DNA from: Eledone cirrhosa
Taxonomy: Eukaryota
Length of the DNA: 64,000 bases
Reading direction: 5' to 3'
Assembly (NCBI GenBank): GCA_964016885.1
Contig: OZ024740.1
Span: forward strand, 29,636,001-29,700,000
The first letter of the stretch is position 1. The number at the start of each line of letters is the position of its first letter. Below the pieces are notes generated by a model, which saw only the letters and a list, made by a program, of their open reading frames with translations, did no database searches and was not told where the DNA came from. The translations under genes were made by a program, and so were the position numbers. This document shows, in pieces, positions 40,782 to 53,050 of the stretch.

Positions 40782-42824
40782 ATATTTCTTTATTTGCCAC
40801 AGGGGCGTGCAAGAAATGGGACATTACAAGACGTGACAGCGGGGTTTTACATGAAATCTTTAACAATAATAATTATTTTTACATTTGGCACAAGGCCAGC
40901 AATTATCCAGTGTATTACTGGTGCTTTAACTATAATAATGGATAACAATAAGCTATATATTAAAATATTAACAATCGAAATCCCCAATAGGGGCGAACGT
41001 TATTGCGTGGTTGTTTCACACCCCATAGATAGAACAACCCTCAACACCAGGAGCACGTTTTATAGGTGTTCCTGTCTTCCCTCTTTTTGTCTTCCTCAAC
41101 CTATAGGTTTATATACAGAGAACGCCCATTTATTCGGGCTATTTTCACCACATTCAACCACATTTCAGCGAATTTACTGCGGTGTAGCACCTCTCTCTCC
41201 ACTCTCACCTTCCTTCAGAAGTGGTACTCAAAGAAGGGGATAAGTTGTTGTCCGGAGAGGAAGGTGTTTGTCCTCAGTCATTTTAACCTCGTCCACCATA
41301 TAACCTCTTTCGCCATAGCCACCAGACAGAGGAAAACCGCCCCTCTTTCGTTCTTAAATGAAGGCGGCGGGGTGATCCTCATGATGGACTCGGCTGACAA
41401 CTGGATGCGTCCCACACGTGACAGTAGCTGTTCGACATAATTCCACAGGTCGGTCAAACCTGGGCATTTAACAATTGCGTACAGAACGATTTCAGTGTCC
41501 TGCTCGCATCTTGGACAGGTCCTTTTGACAGGATCTCTGCTAGGGCGTCCATGCCTGTAGATTTTGTCTCGAATTGTTAGAGCTCCTCGATAGCACTGTC
41601 AGACCAGAGACCTGACAGTTATCCATAGAGACCTGGAAGTTATCCATAGGCCCTGGATGGAAAGTCCTCCCGAACAGACTGGCCAGTCCATCCTCTTCGA
41701 TGCCTAGAGATCCCCCGAGAACGTCGTCGCACTTAAACTCCACTAATCCCCTATAGAATGTTGACGTGGAGTCTCCGCTGATTGCCGTTTCCGCTTGGTA
41801 GAGGACTGTGAATGCCTGAATGCACTCGAGATGCCAGGCACCCATGTTCCGTCTTCGCTTAACGCAGGACTGCAGCTCCGTTAGCGGGACCAGTTGTGGA
41901 AAAGCTCGTCTCACAAACGACAACCACACCGTTTCACCGTGGCTGATGATGTGCAAACTCAGCGCGTGTTTGTACATCATCAGCCACGGCATGCCCAGCC
42001 CTCCATTAGAAGGGTGTTGGCAGCAGATGGATCTCCTTACTAATGGAGCCTCTTTCTTCCAAAGGAACTTGAAGAGTGGACGTTCTATTTTGGTAAGGTG
42101 ATCACGGAGTCAAGGTACGACTATCAAGTGGTAGTAGATGATGGACACTATGTAAGTGTTTGCCACCTCCACTAGACCGTTTAGAGTTTGCACTCAGCCC
42201 ACTTCTGGTTGAGTGCAAATACCTTTACCGTGATCTCATTCCAGTTTTTGTCCACCTGGAAGTCTCGACCAAACCAGACCCCGAGCAATTTCACCGGTCT
42301 TTCCGTCCAGCGTCTATCGACGCTGTCGGACAACATGGGTTTGCCTCTCCAAGTGCCAAGTTGCAAACCAACAGACTTGTTCGGGTTTAGTTTTGCTGCT
42401 GTTAACGTTTCGTATTCCTGTAATAAGTTGCCGATTACCCCGATTTCCGAGGTTTTCGACACCATTATGGTTAAGTCGTCGACATAGGCCGATGCGGCTT
42501 TTCGCAGTCCTGGTTCGATCGGGATGCCCTGCAATAGCTCCAACTTCCGCAGTAGTGGGTCGAGAGTCAGTCCATACAGGATGGAGGAGAGAGGGCATCT
42601 TTGACAGATGGAACGCGTGATTTGGAATTTCTGTATCGCATGAGGTGGAGGTTGTCGTGTATGGACCTGGTCGGGATTGCCCACGTTTGCGCTTCCCCCA
42701 CCAGGTTCTCTACGACGAGCGCCACCCTCGTTATAACACCTTGGCCAAAATCTTCACATCTGTGTTGAGCAGGCTTATGGGCCTGAAATTGCTTATGTTA
42801 TGCCCTTTGTTCTCATCTTTCCTG
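40782..42824 (-). mobile_element. 5'-truncated, degenerate Tx1-like LINE (copy B) with internal deletion near 42632
   Basis: SAYVDD, VKLLGVWFG, MPWLMM. The 3' end CCCCTGTGGCAAATAAAGAAAT runs into (TATC)n at about 40717-40780. Confidence 0.92.
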
Positions 42825-42851
42825 AGATAGATAGATAGATAGATAGATAGA

Positions 42852-45800
42852 TATGTTTCTTTTATTTGCCACTAGGGCATCAAAAGTGGGACAAGTACAA
42901 AGGGGGGAGTTTACACAAAAAGGCGTCCTCAATAAGGAGGAGGCAATAACAAAATATAAAAATAAAATAAGATATAACAAAAAATAAAATTTTTAACAAA
43001 ATCCTCAATAGAGAGGAGGCGCCTTGGGGGGTCGCACACACCCCCGAAAAAAGTGTGCAACCCTTCTCCTCAGGAGCACAGAGAAGGGGTGCTCCCTTGG
43101 TCTTTCATCTTCCTCACCTACAGTCTGATGTAGAGTGAAGGCCCATTCAAACGGGCCATTCTCGCCACTTTCACCCATCTTTCATAGAAACGGCTGGGGT
43201 GCAGCACCTCTCTCTCCATCCTGATCCTTCTTCCGAAATGATATCGGAAGAAATGGACCAGTTGTTGGCCAGAGAGAAAGGTGCCTGACCTCAGTCCTTT
43301 CAGACGCGTCCACCATACAACCTCTTTCGCCATGGCTATTACGCACAGAAACACCGCCTCTGCTTCATCTTTGAAGGGGGGAGGCGGCTTGATCATTACA
43401 ATAGACTCGGTGGTCAACCGGATCGGTCCCACCCTTGACAGCAGTTGTTCGACATAGCCCCACAGATCGGCTACGCCCGAGCAGTGTACCAATGCGTGTG
43501 CAACGGTTTCCTCGTCGCACACGCATCTGGGACAGATCTTTTTGGCGGGGTCCCTACCCGGGCGCCCGTGTCTGTAGAGCCTTTCTCGAACGGGTAAAGC
43601 CCCTCGGTAGCACTGCCAGGCCAGGGACTTCTGGAAGTTGTCCATAGGTCCCGGGCTGAATGTCCTACCGAACAGGCTGGCCAGTTCGTCCTCCTCCATG
43701 TCTAGGGCTTCTCCGAGGGCGTCGTCGCACCTGCTGCGTACCAGCCCTCTATAAAATGTTGCGGTGGAGTCTCCACTGATAACCGGATCCGCCTGCCAGA
43801 GGGCGGTGAGCGCCTGGGCACACTCAGTGTGCCAGGCGCCCAGTTTTCTCGGTCTTTGCTTGACCCAGGATTGCAGCTCGGTGAGTGAGACGAGTCTGGG
43901 AAGGTTCGTCTCACAAACGAGGCCCACACCGGTTGTCCGGTGAGGAATACGTAGAGGTGCCGTAGCCTTAATGCGTGTTTACGCATCATTAGCCACGGCA
44001 TCCCCAGCCCTCCTTTCGAAGGGTGTTGACAGCAGATGGATCTCCTCACCATAGGAGCCCGCCTCTTCCAAAGGAATTGGAAGAGCGCGCGCTCCATCTT
44101 GGTGAGGGTTTCCCTTGGGCAGGGCACTACGGTCAGGCGGTAGTAGATGACGGACGCTATGTAGGTGTTCGCCACCTCCGCCCGACCTTTCAGAGATAGT
44201 TTGCAACTGGCCCACTTCTGGGTCAGTGCAAACACCCTGTTCGTAACCTCCGCCCAGTTTTTCTCCACCTGGAGGTCCGGTCCGAACCAGACCCCGAGCA
44301 ACTTCACCGGGCCCTCCGTCCAGCGTCCGACGACGCCATCGGAGGGCATCGGTCTGCCCCTCCACGTGCCGAGTTGCAAACCGATCGACTTGTCCCAGTT
44401 CAGCTTAGCCCCTGTGAACTTTTCGTACTCCTCCAGTAAAGTGCCGACCGCCTCGATTTCGGAGGCCGTCGACACCATTACTGTCACGTCATCGGCGTAG
44501 GCCGACACCGCTTTCCGCAATCCCGGTTCCAAAGGGATGCCCTGCAACAACTCCAACTTCCGCAGTAGTGGCTCGAGAGTCAACACATACAGAAGGGAGG
44601 AGAGAGGGCACCCTTGTCGGATGGACCGCGCGATTTTGAACGGCTCCGAGAATTCTATCGAGACTACTCTAATCTCTCTCTTTAGAGATACCCACCACCT
44701 GCTGTTGACGATCGCTCCAGTCAACCGTTCCTTAACTAACGTACTAATCCGATTCCTGTAGGCTCTACTTGCTGGCAAGGACAGATGCGGCTGCTGTGCA
44801 TAGCAGTGATCCAGCCCCTGAAAACGGGTCCGAAGCCTGCCGCCGCTAGCACCGCATCCAGGTAACCATGGTCGACCCTATCGAACGCCTTAGATTGATC
44901 CAAGTTGATCAGAGCCCCACCAAAGCCGGGTTCGTTCCCAACCCTCTCTATGATGTATCGCATGAGGTGGAGGTTGTCATGGATGGACCTGGACGGGATA
45001 GCGCATGTCTGCGCATCTCCCACCAGGTTGCCCACGACAAGCGCCAACCTCTTTGCTAGCACCTTGGCCAAAATCTGTAACTCTGTATTTAGCAGTGTTA
45101 TGGGCCTGAAGTTACTTATTTCGTCCCCCTTGTTCTCGTCCTTCCTCACTAGCGTGACTACGCCCTTGGTCACAGTACAGGGAATTCTCCCGTTCTGTTG
45201 CCAGTTGCAGTAGACCGCCTCGAGGAGATCGGGGAACAAGTCCGGCATAGCTAGATATAATTCGTAAGGAAGACCATCGAGACCCGGGGATTTGCGTTTG
45301 CCGCATTGGCTCAGCACGTCCTCTATCTCAGCGGCCGAAATCGGCTCCTCGCAGGACTTCGCCTCCCTGTCCGAGAGGCGCGGCAGGCCGTCGAAGTATG
45401 GACCGAAGTCCACGTTCCCAACCGGCTCCCCGCCCCTCCCGAACAGTCGGGCAAAGTGCCTTTGAAAGGCCTCACACATCTGCCTAGGCTCAAGAATCGC
45501 CCGTCCATCCAGGTCTCGCAAAGACCGGATGGTGGATTTAGTTCCACTGTTGGCCTCTGTCACGCGGGCCCAGCCAACAGCTTTGGTCCCCTCGTTCCCT
45601 AGAGCACGTATTTTACTTCGGACAACGCAGCCTTCGTGCTTCGCGTCGAAAAACTGGCTCAAAGCCGTTCTCGACGCTAGCACTCTGGCCACGTCGCCGC
45701 TTCTAATTGCCTCTTCTACTCTATCTATTAGCTCCCTTTCCTTCCTATTCCTATCCGCAGCTAGAACCTTACTAAATTCTATCGAGACTACTCTAATCTC

Positions 45801-45972
45801 TCTCTTTAGAGATACCCACCACCTGCTGTTGACGATCGCTCCAGTCAACCGTTCCTTAACTAACGTACTAATCCGATTCTTGTAGGCTCTACTTGCCGGC
45901 AAGGACAAGTTGAGCTTCCAGTAACCGGGGCCCTGTCTATGAGTTCTGTCAAGGTTGACCATGCAGGTCACT
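42852..45972 (-). mobile_element. 5'-truncated Tx1-like LINE (copy C) with RT and C-terminal CxxC...H...C region
   Basis: GYWKLN, KSPGLDG, DQSKAFDRVD, AYADD, CPRCVCDEETVAHALVHC. The 3' end CCCTAGTGGCAAATAAAAGAAACAT runs into (TATC)n at 42825-42851, and the 5' end abuts (TATC)n at 45974-46035. Confidence 0.94.
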
Positions 45973-45973
45973 A

Positions 45974-46036
<63 letters not shown>

Positions 46037-46356
46037 TATCGAGAGAAAATGCTTCCAAGAAGTGTTATGTCTACTACATAGAGACTTACATATGTGATAT
46101 AGTGAGTTAAGAAACTTCTATTAACTCAAATTGTTCATGCAATTAATTGACAAAATCTCCCTCCAGCAATGTATACAATTTAAAATCAACAATCAAGTTT
46201 TGTAATAGACATAAAATCAGCTGAGTAATTTGGTTTCGAAATGAAGCTGATTGAGGTGGGTGTGTATCTCGTACTTATAGCGAAGTGGTGGAGTCAATAG
46301 ACATGTGTCAGTCGTGTTAAGCCTCTTCAATGAAACATATACCACCCAGTTGGTTT

Positions 46357-46428
<72 letters not shown>

Positions 46429-47025
46429 TTTGATTAAAATAATTTTTCTATATTTTCTGTTTGTGTTTGCCGTAATTCCGTTATTGATTAACTAATTATG
46501 CAATCCTAATCTGATGATGTCGCCAGGATCTTACGTAACCAGGTCATTGAAATATATAAAGTGTTTTTGCAATAATAAAACTTTAAAGGGACATCATCTG
46601 GTCGGCCACCTGCTATTTTAATCAAACTAATATTTAACTCCGTTCTTGCACCAGGATACAACATAAACGATGAATGAGTTGCGTAACGTAGAGTGCTTTT
46701 CCTACTATTACATCATAATTAACTAAATGGAATGACCAGTTCCGCCCCTGCCTCTTTACACACGGCACTAGACAAAATTGTTTCTTCATCATACACTCTC
46801 ATCTGGGAACAGTTCTGTATGGCGCCAGTTCGTGATTTGAACTCAGGAATTTTATATTCTCCGAGTGAGAAGAACCCTCTGACGAAAGTCTTCTTCTCAA
46901 TGGATTTCCGCATGGATTATCCATTTATTTTGAGACTTGAAACCGCGCGGTAGGGGTAATTATAGCAGGTATAGTGAACTTTTAAAAATTTATTTTAAAA
47001 CTTTTTCTTATTTGCTAAACCTTGA

Positions 47026-47081
<56 letters not shown>

Positions 47082-47584
47082 AGTATATGTTGGTTGTTTA
47101 CCGACACCTCAGAATGCAGATTGGAGCACTCGACGAAGTACGCAGGTTGGTTGGGTTTTTTCCATTGCGACTTAAGTCCGGCACCCCCCACCACGTGGAA
47201 TGGTGGCAGAATAGATGCCAACCTACACACACATTCTAAAGAGCATAGCAGCAGCACACGAAAGCTGACTTGCCAGCTGGCCCCTTAACACCACTACCAC
47301 TACCAACACAATGGAGGAGGTCAGCTGTACTTAAACAAAAACAACTACAACAGATTGTCTTGCCTAGGAAAAATGTCTATAGGCTTTTGACTGAGGAATG
47401 TTCTCACAACTGACCAATGGGATGCGAGCGTGTCGTATGACGCAGTAATTCGTTTGTTCTAACCCATATGATTCCAGTTCCTGAGAGGAATAACAACACA
47501 ACCAGGAGCTGGACATATCGATGTATTGACGGAGTAAAACACACTTCAACAACATGTGTACCTGTCTTTCCCACACCAATTCGG

Positions 47585-47639
47585 ACTGCCTGAAGAGGTC
47601 ACAGCCAATGATGGCTGTCACCGAAATATATATAGCAGT
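47585..47639 (+). ncRNA. Type I hammerhead ribozyme (PLE/retrozyme-like, palindromic minimal stem III)
   Basis: ACTGC-CTGAAGA-GGTcACAGCCA(ATGA)TGGCTGTcACC-GAA-ATATATAT-A-GCAGT. It has a perfect 5-bp stem I, an intact core, a 10-bp stem II with one C-C mismatch, a self-complementary stem III, and an AUA cleavage triplet ending at 47634. Confidence 0.85.
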
Positions 47640-47789
47640 ATATCTATAATTTATAATAAACGAAGCCAAATTTTACATATTTGACTTAATTATTTTATAT
47701 ATATATATATATATATATACAGTTGTCGTGTAGGTGTCACGACAAAAAGAGCCCAGTCCACACTGTAAAGTGGACATGTAGGTATCATG

Positions 47790-47965
47790 ACAAGAAGCAC
47801 GCAGTAGATACTGTAAATGTGGTTGATGTTAGGAAGGGAATGATACCGTAGAAACCAAGCCAAAATCAATTCTGTGTAAACAAAACACGGTCCTCCAACC
47901 TGACTTGCCTCACAATGGGACAATTCGTCTGACCCATTCTAGCGTGGAAAATGGACGTTAAACAA
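47790..47965 (+). mobile_element. Old SINE 3' fragment with a probable RTE-type tail
   Basis: GTGGTTGATGTTAGGAAGGG...CCGTAGAAACC and ...GACCCATTCTAGCGTGGAAAATGGACGTTAAAC resemble, from memory, the central domain and tail of RTE-dependent cephalopod SINEs. Not verified by alignment. Confidence 0.4.
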
Positions 47966-47969
47966 TATA

Positions 47970-48812
47970 CCGTGTTTTCCCTATTATAAGATCTACTCCA
48001 AAATGAAGCTATAATATAAGTCATACCCTGAAAATAAGCCCTGGCGCATTTTTGCGAGAAAACTTAATAAACAAATTATATAAAACAGATTTCCAGATTC
48101 TTGCTGATTACTAATACTAGCAGAAACACCACCCTGAGGGTGGTGTTTCTGCCAGCATGTGTAGTGTGTATATTGATATTATATGCAAGTATATATGCAT
48201 GTAGATATGATACAACAAATAAAATCGTAATTGACAATATACACAGAAATTAAACAAAGACTGCGTTACACTGTCTTATGTAATCAGTAACGTAATCTAT
48301 GATACATTAAAAAAAGCGATATTATATATAAACTGCATTAGGAGAAAATTAGTGACGGAAATATATGAATGTTTATTTAAGCGATCGATAACCGGAAGTG
48401 TTGACATTTGAAAATGTTAAAGAAGTGAATCTTAAAATAAACAATTAAATATATTTAATCAACAGCTACGAAATTTAGTAGATAAATTATGTAATATTCA
48501 TTCATTATTTATTCAAAGTAATCCAACTTATTTTACTAATGGGATAAAAAAAATTATAAACCGTACGCAGTCCCGCACTCCTTACTTTATTATAGTTTAG
48601 ATAATTAATTAGTTTAATGATATTGTTTTAACTCTATAATATATGTCCTTTATTTATTTTTTACTTTTGACATCAGTATAATAATATATTTATCAAAACT
48701 CTTGTGCTGTTAGCTTTGTGTACAAATATAAGCCCTACTCTGAAAACAAACCCTGTGCCTTTTCTGGTGGGTAACTTAATATAAAACCTGCTTTATAAAA
48801 GGGAAAACATGA
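47970..48812. mobile_element. Non-autonomous Tc1/mariner-superfamily (Tc2/pogo-like) DNA transposon
   Basis: Left TIR CCGTGTTTTCCCTATTATAA preceded by TA; right TIR TTATAAAAGGGAAAACATGA (17/20 match). Subterminal ATAAGCCCT-like motifs occur at both ends; no transposase ORF. Confidence 0.7.
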
Positions 48813-48929
48813 TGTATATGTGTGTTTGTGTGTGTGTGTAGGGGGGGGAGGGGCAGAATTAGTTTGAAGTATAGACAGAGAGACAGACAGAAAAAGTAGA
48901 AGGCGGTTCGGAGGAACGCAAAATGTTAG

Positions 48930-49002
48930 TCAGATAGATAGATAGATAAAGAGAGAGTGAGTGAGGTAGTTAGGTATCGATATATATATATATACATATA
49001 TG

Positions 49003-49033
<31 letters not shown>

Positions 49034-49082
49034 GTGTGTGTGTGTGTGTGTGTGCGTGTGTGTACATATATATCAAGAGAGA

Positions 49083-49150
<68 letters not shown>

Positions 49151-49733
49151 CAGAGAGAGAGAATCTGGTGGACGATGAGAAGGTCAATGACTTAATGGCT
49201 GGCTGTCTGGATGGGCGGCTGGCTGGCTGGTTGCCTGGCTGGCTGGCTGGCTGGCTTGCTGGCTGGTTGCCTGGATGGATGGATGGATGGCTGGCTTGCT
49301 GGCTGGTTGCCTGGATGGATGGCTGGCTGGCTTGCTGGCTGGTTGCCTGGATGGCTGGATGGCTGACTCGCTGGCTGGCTGGCTAGATGGATGATACCAT
49401 GAACGATCCAGTTTGGAAGCAATCCAAATAAATTCTTGGAATATTGATAGCACTCAATGAACTGCATGTCAATGTTGATTAGACTGAGAAATCTTTGGTC
49501 ATTCTTTCAATTAGCCTTTCAGTGGAGGTCACATATAAGATGACCTTTCTAAATAGTAACATAGTCACTGGTAGTCTATGGATGAGAACACATCCCTGTC
49601 TCACTGTCTCTCTAGCATACATATAGTCTTGTCAACAGAATATCATGTGTGTGTTTGTGTGTGTGTGTATGTATTGTGTGCCTCTGTGTGTTGTGTGTAC
49701 CTGCCTGCGTATGTATGTGTGTTGTGTGCCTCT

Positions 49734-49767
<34 letters not shown>

Positions 49768-50054
49768 CTGTGTATGTGTGTTTATCTCTGTGTGCGTGCG
49801 TGTGTGTGTGTATGTGTGTGCCTGCCTGTGTATGTGTGTGTGTTGTGTGCCTGCCTGTGTATGTGTGTGTGTATGTATGTGTGTGTGTGTTGTGTGCCTC
49901 TGTGTGTGTGGGTGTGTGTATGTATATATGTGTGCGTGTGTGTTCAACTAGAGTGGTTGAAATTTCATCGTTTGTCAATAACCAAACTCGGTGGCAAACG
50001 GTCATCAAATGGACAGAATGTCAAATGAGAGTCGAGGAGAGATGGAAAGAGAAG

Positions 50055-50098
<44 letters not shown>

Positions 50099-50197
50099 GT
50101 AAGATAGAAAGAGAGAGAAGGGAGAGAGAGGGAGAGAGAGAGAGAGAGAGGGGGAGTAAGTGTGGGAGAGAGAGAGGGAGAGAGAGAGACAAAGAGT

Positions 50198-50245
<48 letters not shown>

Positions 50246-50487
50246 GACAGAGAGAGAGGGGGGAGTGAAAGAGTAAGAGTGAGAGAGAGAGAAAGATAGA
50301 GAAAGAGAGAGAGAAAGAGATAGAGAAATAAAGAGAGAGGGGGATAAGGAGTAAGAGTGAGAGAGAGAGAAAGAGAGAGAGAGTAAGAAAGAGAGAAGAG
50401 AGAGAGAGAGAGAAAGAGAGAGAGAGGGAGAAAGAGTAAGAGTGAGAGAGAGAGAGAGATAGAGAGAAGAGAGAGAAAGAAAGAGAG

Positions 50488-50525
<38 letters not shown>

Positions 50526-50570
50526 GTGAAGGGAAGGGAGAGAGATTGTATGGAGGAGGAGGGGGGGGGC
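48930..50570. repeat. Microsatellite cluster: (GATA), (TA), (TG), (GA)n, (TGGC/TGGA)n at 49196-49392, (TG)n at 49645-49942 and a purine-rich (GA/GAAA)n tract at 50035-50525
   Basis: Read directly. Confidence 0.93.
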
Positions 50571-50709
50571 GGTTAGATATAAAAGAAAAAGACAAGCCTG
50601 AAACAAAATATGGTCTGAAATTAAAGTCAGTAAGAGAACCTGAGACTTCTGATTGATATTCAGGCTAAAGACAACAAAGGCGGGACATTACCACTGGATA
50701 AAATACATC

Positions 50710-51335
50710 GGCCGCCTGCAGGTCAGAGCCCTGCCAGGTAGAGTGGCTGTTCCAATGCGTCTACCTCGCCATCCTCTGGGGCAATGCGTTCTCCAAACTG
50801 TCGGCCGGGACCTTGTGGTGGAGTGGCTGTTCCAGCACGTCTCCCTCACCCTCCATCCTATTGGCCAGCACCCTGGGGTGGAGTGGCTGTTCCAAAACAC
50901 CTCCCTCGCCCTACATTCTATCAGCCAGGACCCTGAGGCAGAGTAGCTGTTCTAGTGCGTCTGCCTCCCCCTCCCCCCTGGAGCAATGTATTCTCTACAA
51001 TGTCGGCCGGGACCCTGAGGTGGAGTGGCTGTTCCAGCACACCTCCCTCACCCTCCCTTGGGGCAATGTATTCTCCACATTGTCGGCCGGGACCCTGACG
51101 TTGAGTGGCTGTACCAGCACATCTCCCTCACCCTCCTTTGGGACAATGTATTCTCCACACTGTCGGCCGGGACCCTGGAGTGGAGTGGCTGTTCCAGCAC
51201 ACCTCCCTCACCCTCCCTTGGGGCAATGTATTCTCCACATTGTCGGCCGGGACCCTGAAGTTGAGTGGCTGTACCAGCACACCTCCCTCACCCTCCCTTG
51301 AGGCAATGTATTCTCCACATTGTCGGCCAGGATCC
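50710..51335. repeat. GC-rich minisatellite with 80-bp units and two 60-bp variant units
   Basis: TGTCGGCC recurs at 51001, 51081, 51161, 51241 and 51321; shorter units start near 50799 and 50859. Confidence 0.92.
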
Positions 51336-51596
51336 AGTGGTGGAGGGTAAGTTAGTTGATAGTGGAAGATATTCATTTGGACGTCACTTCAACAACTAAA
51401 GTATATTTACATATGAAGTATTTCAGTAATGTTTTTCATTACTTAATTTTGTTGTTAGATTATTGAGTAACTCTTTTGAGAATAAAGAAGTTCACTTCTT
51501 AACCAAACATATTTAGCTTTTTTGTCCTCACTGCAGAGTCGTCTGCCATCTATATTTCTAGAATTTCGTTAATATAATTCATCTCTCTACATTTGA

Positions 51597-51925
51597 CAAT
51601 GTTTCTGGACCAGTAGTGGGTGATTTCAAATGTTGGATGGGCGATGAGCAACTAAATAAAAATGGTGGGAAATTTTGGCGGGCGAATTTGAGTATTAAGA
51701 AGGTATTTCAACATATGCTACCTGAAAAAAAAATTCTAAGAAAATATGTAAATAACCTGTATAAAAAAAACTAGACCAAACAGGAGGCTAGATGGGAATA
51801 ACGAACCACTAACAAATTTTACCAAATATTTTTGGGGTGATTTTGAATATTTATTATACAGGTGGGCGATGGAAAATTTGTTCATGTGAAAATGGGTGAT
51901 GACGCCAAAACGTTGGGAACCCTTG
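51597..51925. mobile_element. Possible degenerate hAT (Charlie-like) MITE
   Basis: The right end GTTGGGAACCCTTG resembles a Charlie-type TIR. The left end CAATGTTTCTGGACC is only a weak match, and there is no clear 8-bp TSD. Confidence 0.35.
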
Positions 51926-52254
51926 ATTATAAGTTGATATTTTCAGTCCTAAACTGCATATACGTCTGGATTTTATTTATGTTGGAAGTCAAATACTGGC
52001 CATGTAGAGGTTTATTTTGTATTTTGTCTTCATTTACTAAAGGGTTGTTTCCTTTGCACATATGTAGCCTTTGTGACACTGTTGGTGATAGAGGAGTTTC
52101 GTGTGTCAAAGTTGTGTTCAGATTTATTTCCCCATTTATATTTTCTGATTTGCTTTTATTATTGGCTAAAACTTTTTGGTGATTTCGTGTTGTTTTACTA
52201 CCTACGTCATTCAATCATTGGTTGCTTCAAGATATTTTTAATATTATTATTATT

Positions 52255-52340
52255 TACGGGGTCGATAAAATAAAGTACCAGTAATGCACTGGTTAATTGC
52301 TGGCCTTGTGCCAAAAGTAGAAACAATTATTATTATCATT
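52255..52340 (+). mobile_element. 3' half of a tRNA-derived SINE, flanked by (ATT)n
   Basis: TACGGGGTCGATAAAATAAAGTACCAG...GGCCTTGTGCCAAAAGTAGAAACAATTATT matches the SINE copies at 59196 and 60762. Confidence 0.85.
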
Positions 52341-52342
52341 AT

Positions 52343-53050
52343 AGTTGCATTTATTTTGCTTTATGTTCATACGAGTTATCACCAAGTCACAACCAGTGAC
52401 CTCAAGAGACAACAAGGTCCGCCATGTTCAAGAAAGAACATACATACACACATGCATCTTTGGGTGTTTAGACATGTGATGTACTTATATTGACAGAATC
52501 TTCCTTAGTATATGGACAGTTCCCATTAGTACTATCTTTTGCATTTCTCCTATACGCGGATTTCCTGGGATTTGCGATAAGTAATCATTAGACCCGTTAG
52601 GTATCATTCCTAGAGCGCCTACAACCACTGGTATTGTTTTAGTTCTCAATTTCCACATTTTTCCAATTTCTATCTCCAGGTCCTTATACTTGCTCAATTT
52701 TTCAAATGTTTTTATAGATACCTTCTTGTCTATTGGAACGGACATATCAAATAGCAGGCATACCCTCTTTTTAAAGTCCTTCAGTATTATATCAGGTCTA
52801 TTTGCATCTATTTTTCGGTCTGTTTGGATGCTAAAGTTCCACTAGATTGAGGTGTGATCTTTTTCAAGTATGGGAAGTGGTTGATGCTTCCACCAGTTCT
52901 TTTGATGGGGCAGGTCAAAATGCTTACACATTATCCGATGTATGTACTGTGCAGCTCTGTCATGCCTGTTTAGCTATTCGGTTGGAGATATAGGACTGCA
53001 CATTGAAATTATATGATCAATGGTCTCTGGTTGTTTTTTACATATTATTT
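52343..53050 (-). mobile_element. 5'-truncated R4/Dong-like non-LTR retrotransposon (end of CCHC finger, restriction-like endonuclease, 3' UTR)
   Basis: CKKQPETIDHIISMC, NRHD, IQTDRKIDANRPDII...FDMSVP...EKLSKYKDL...IPVVVGALG are PD..D-type RLE motifs. The frame has in-frame stops, and the 3' end runs into (TAA)n. Confidence 0.88.

Noticed and set aside
46505-46565. CTGATGA...GAAATATATA hammerhead-like core
   Set aside because: Stem I cannot form and stem II is poorly paired; at best a heavily decayed relic.
46719-46953. Short ORFs on both strands as host exons
   Set aside because: No recognisable domain or supportable splice structure.
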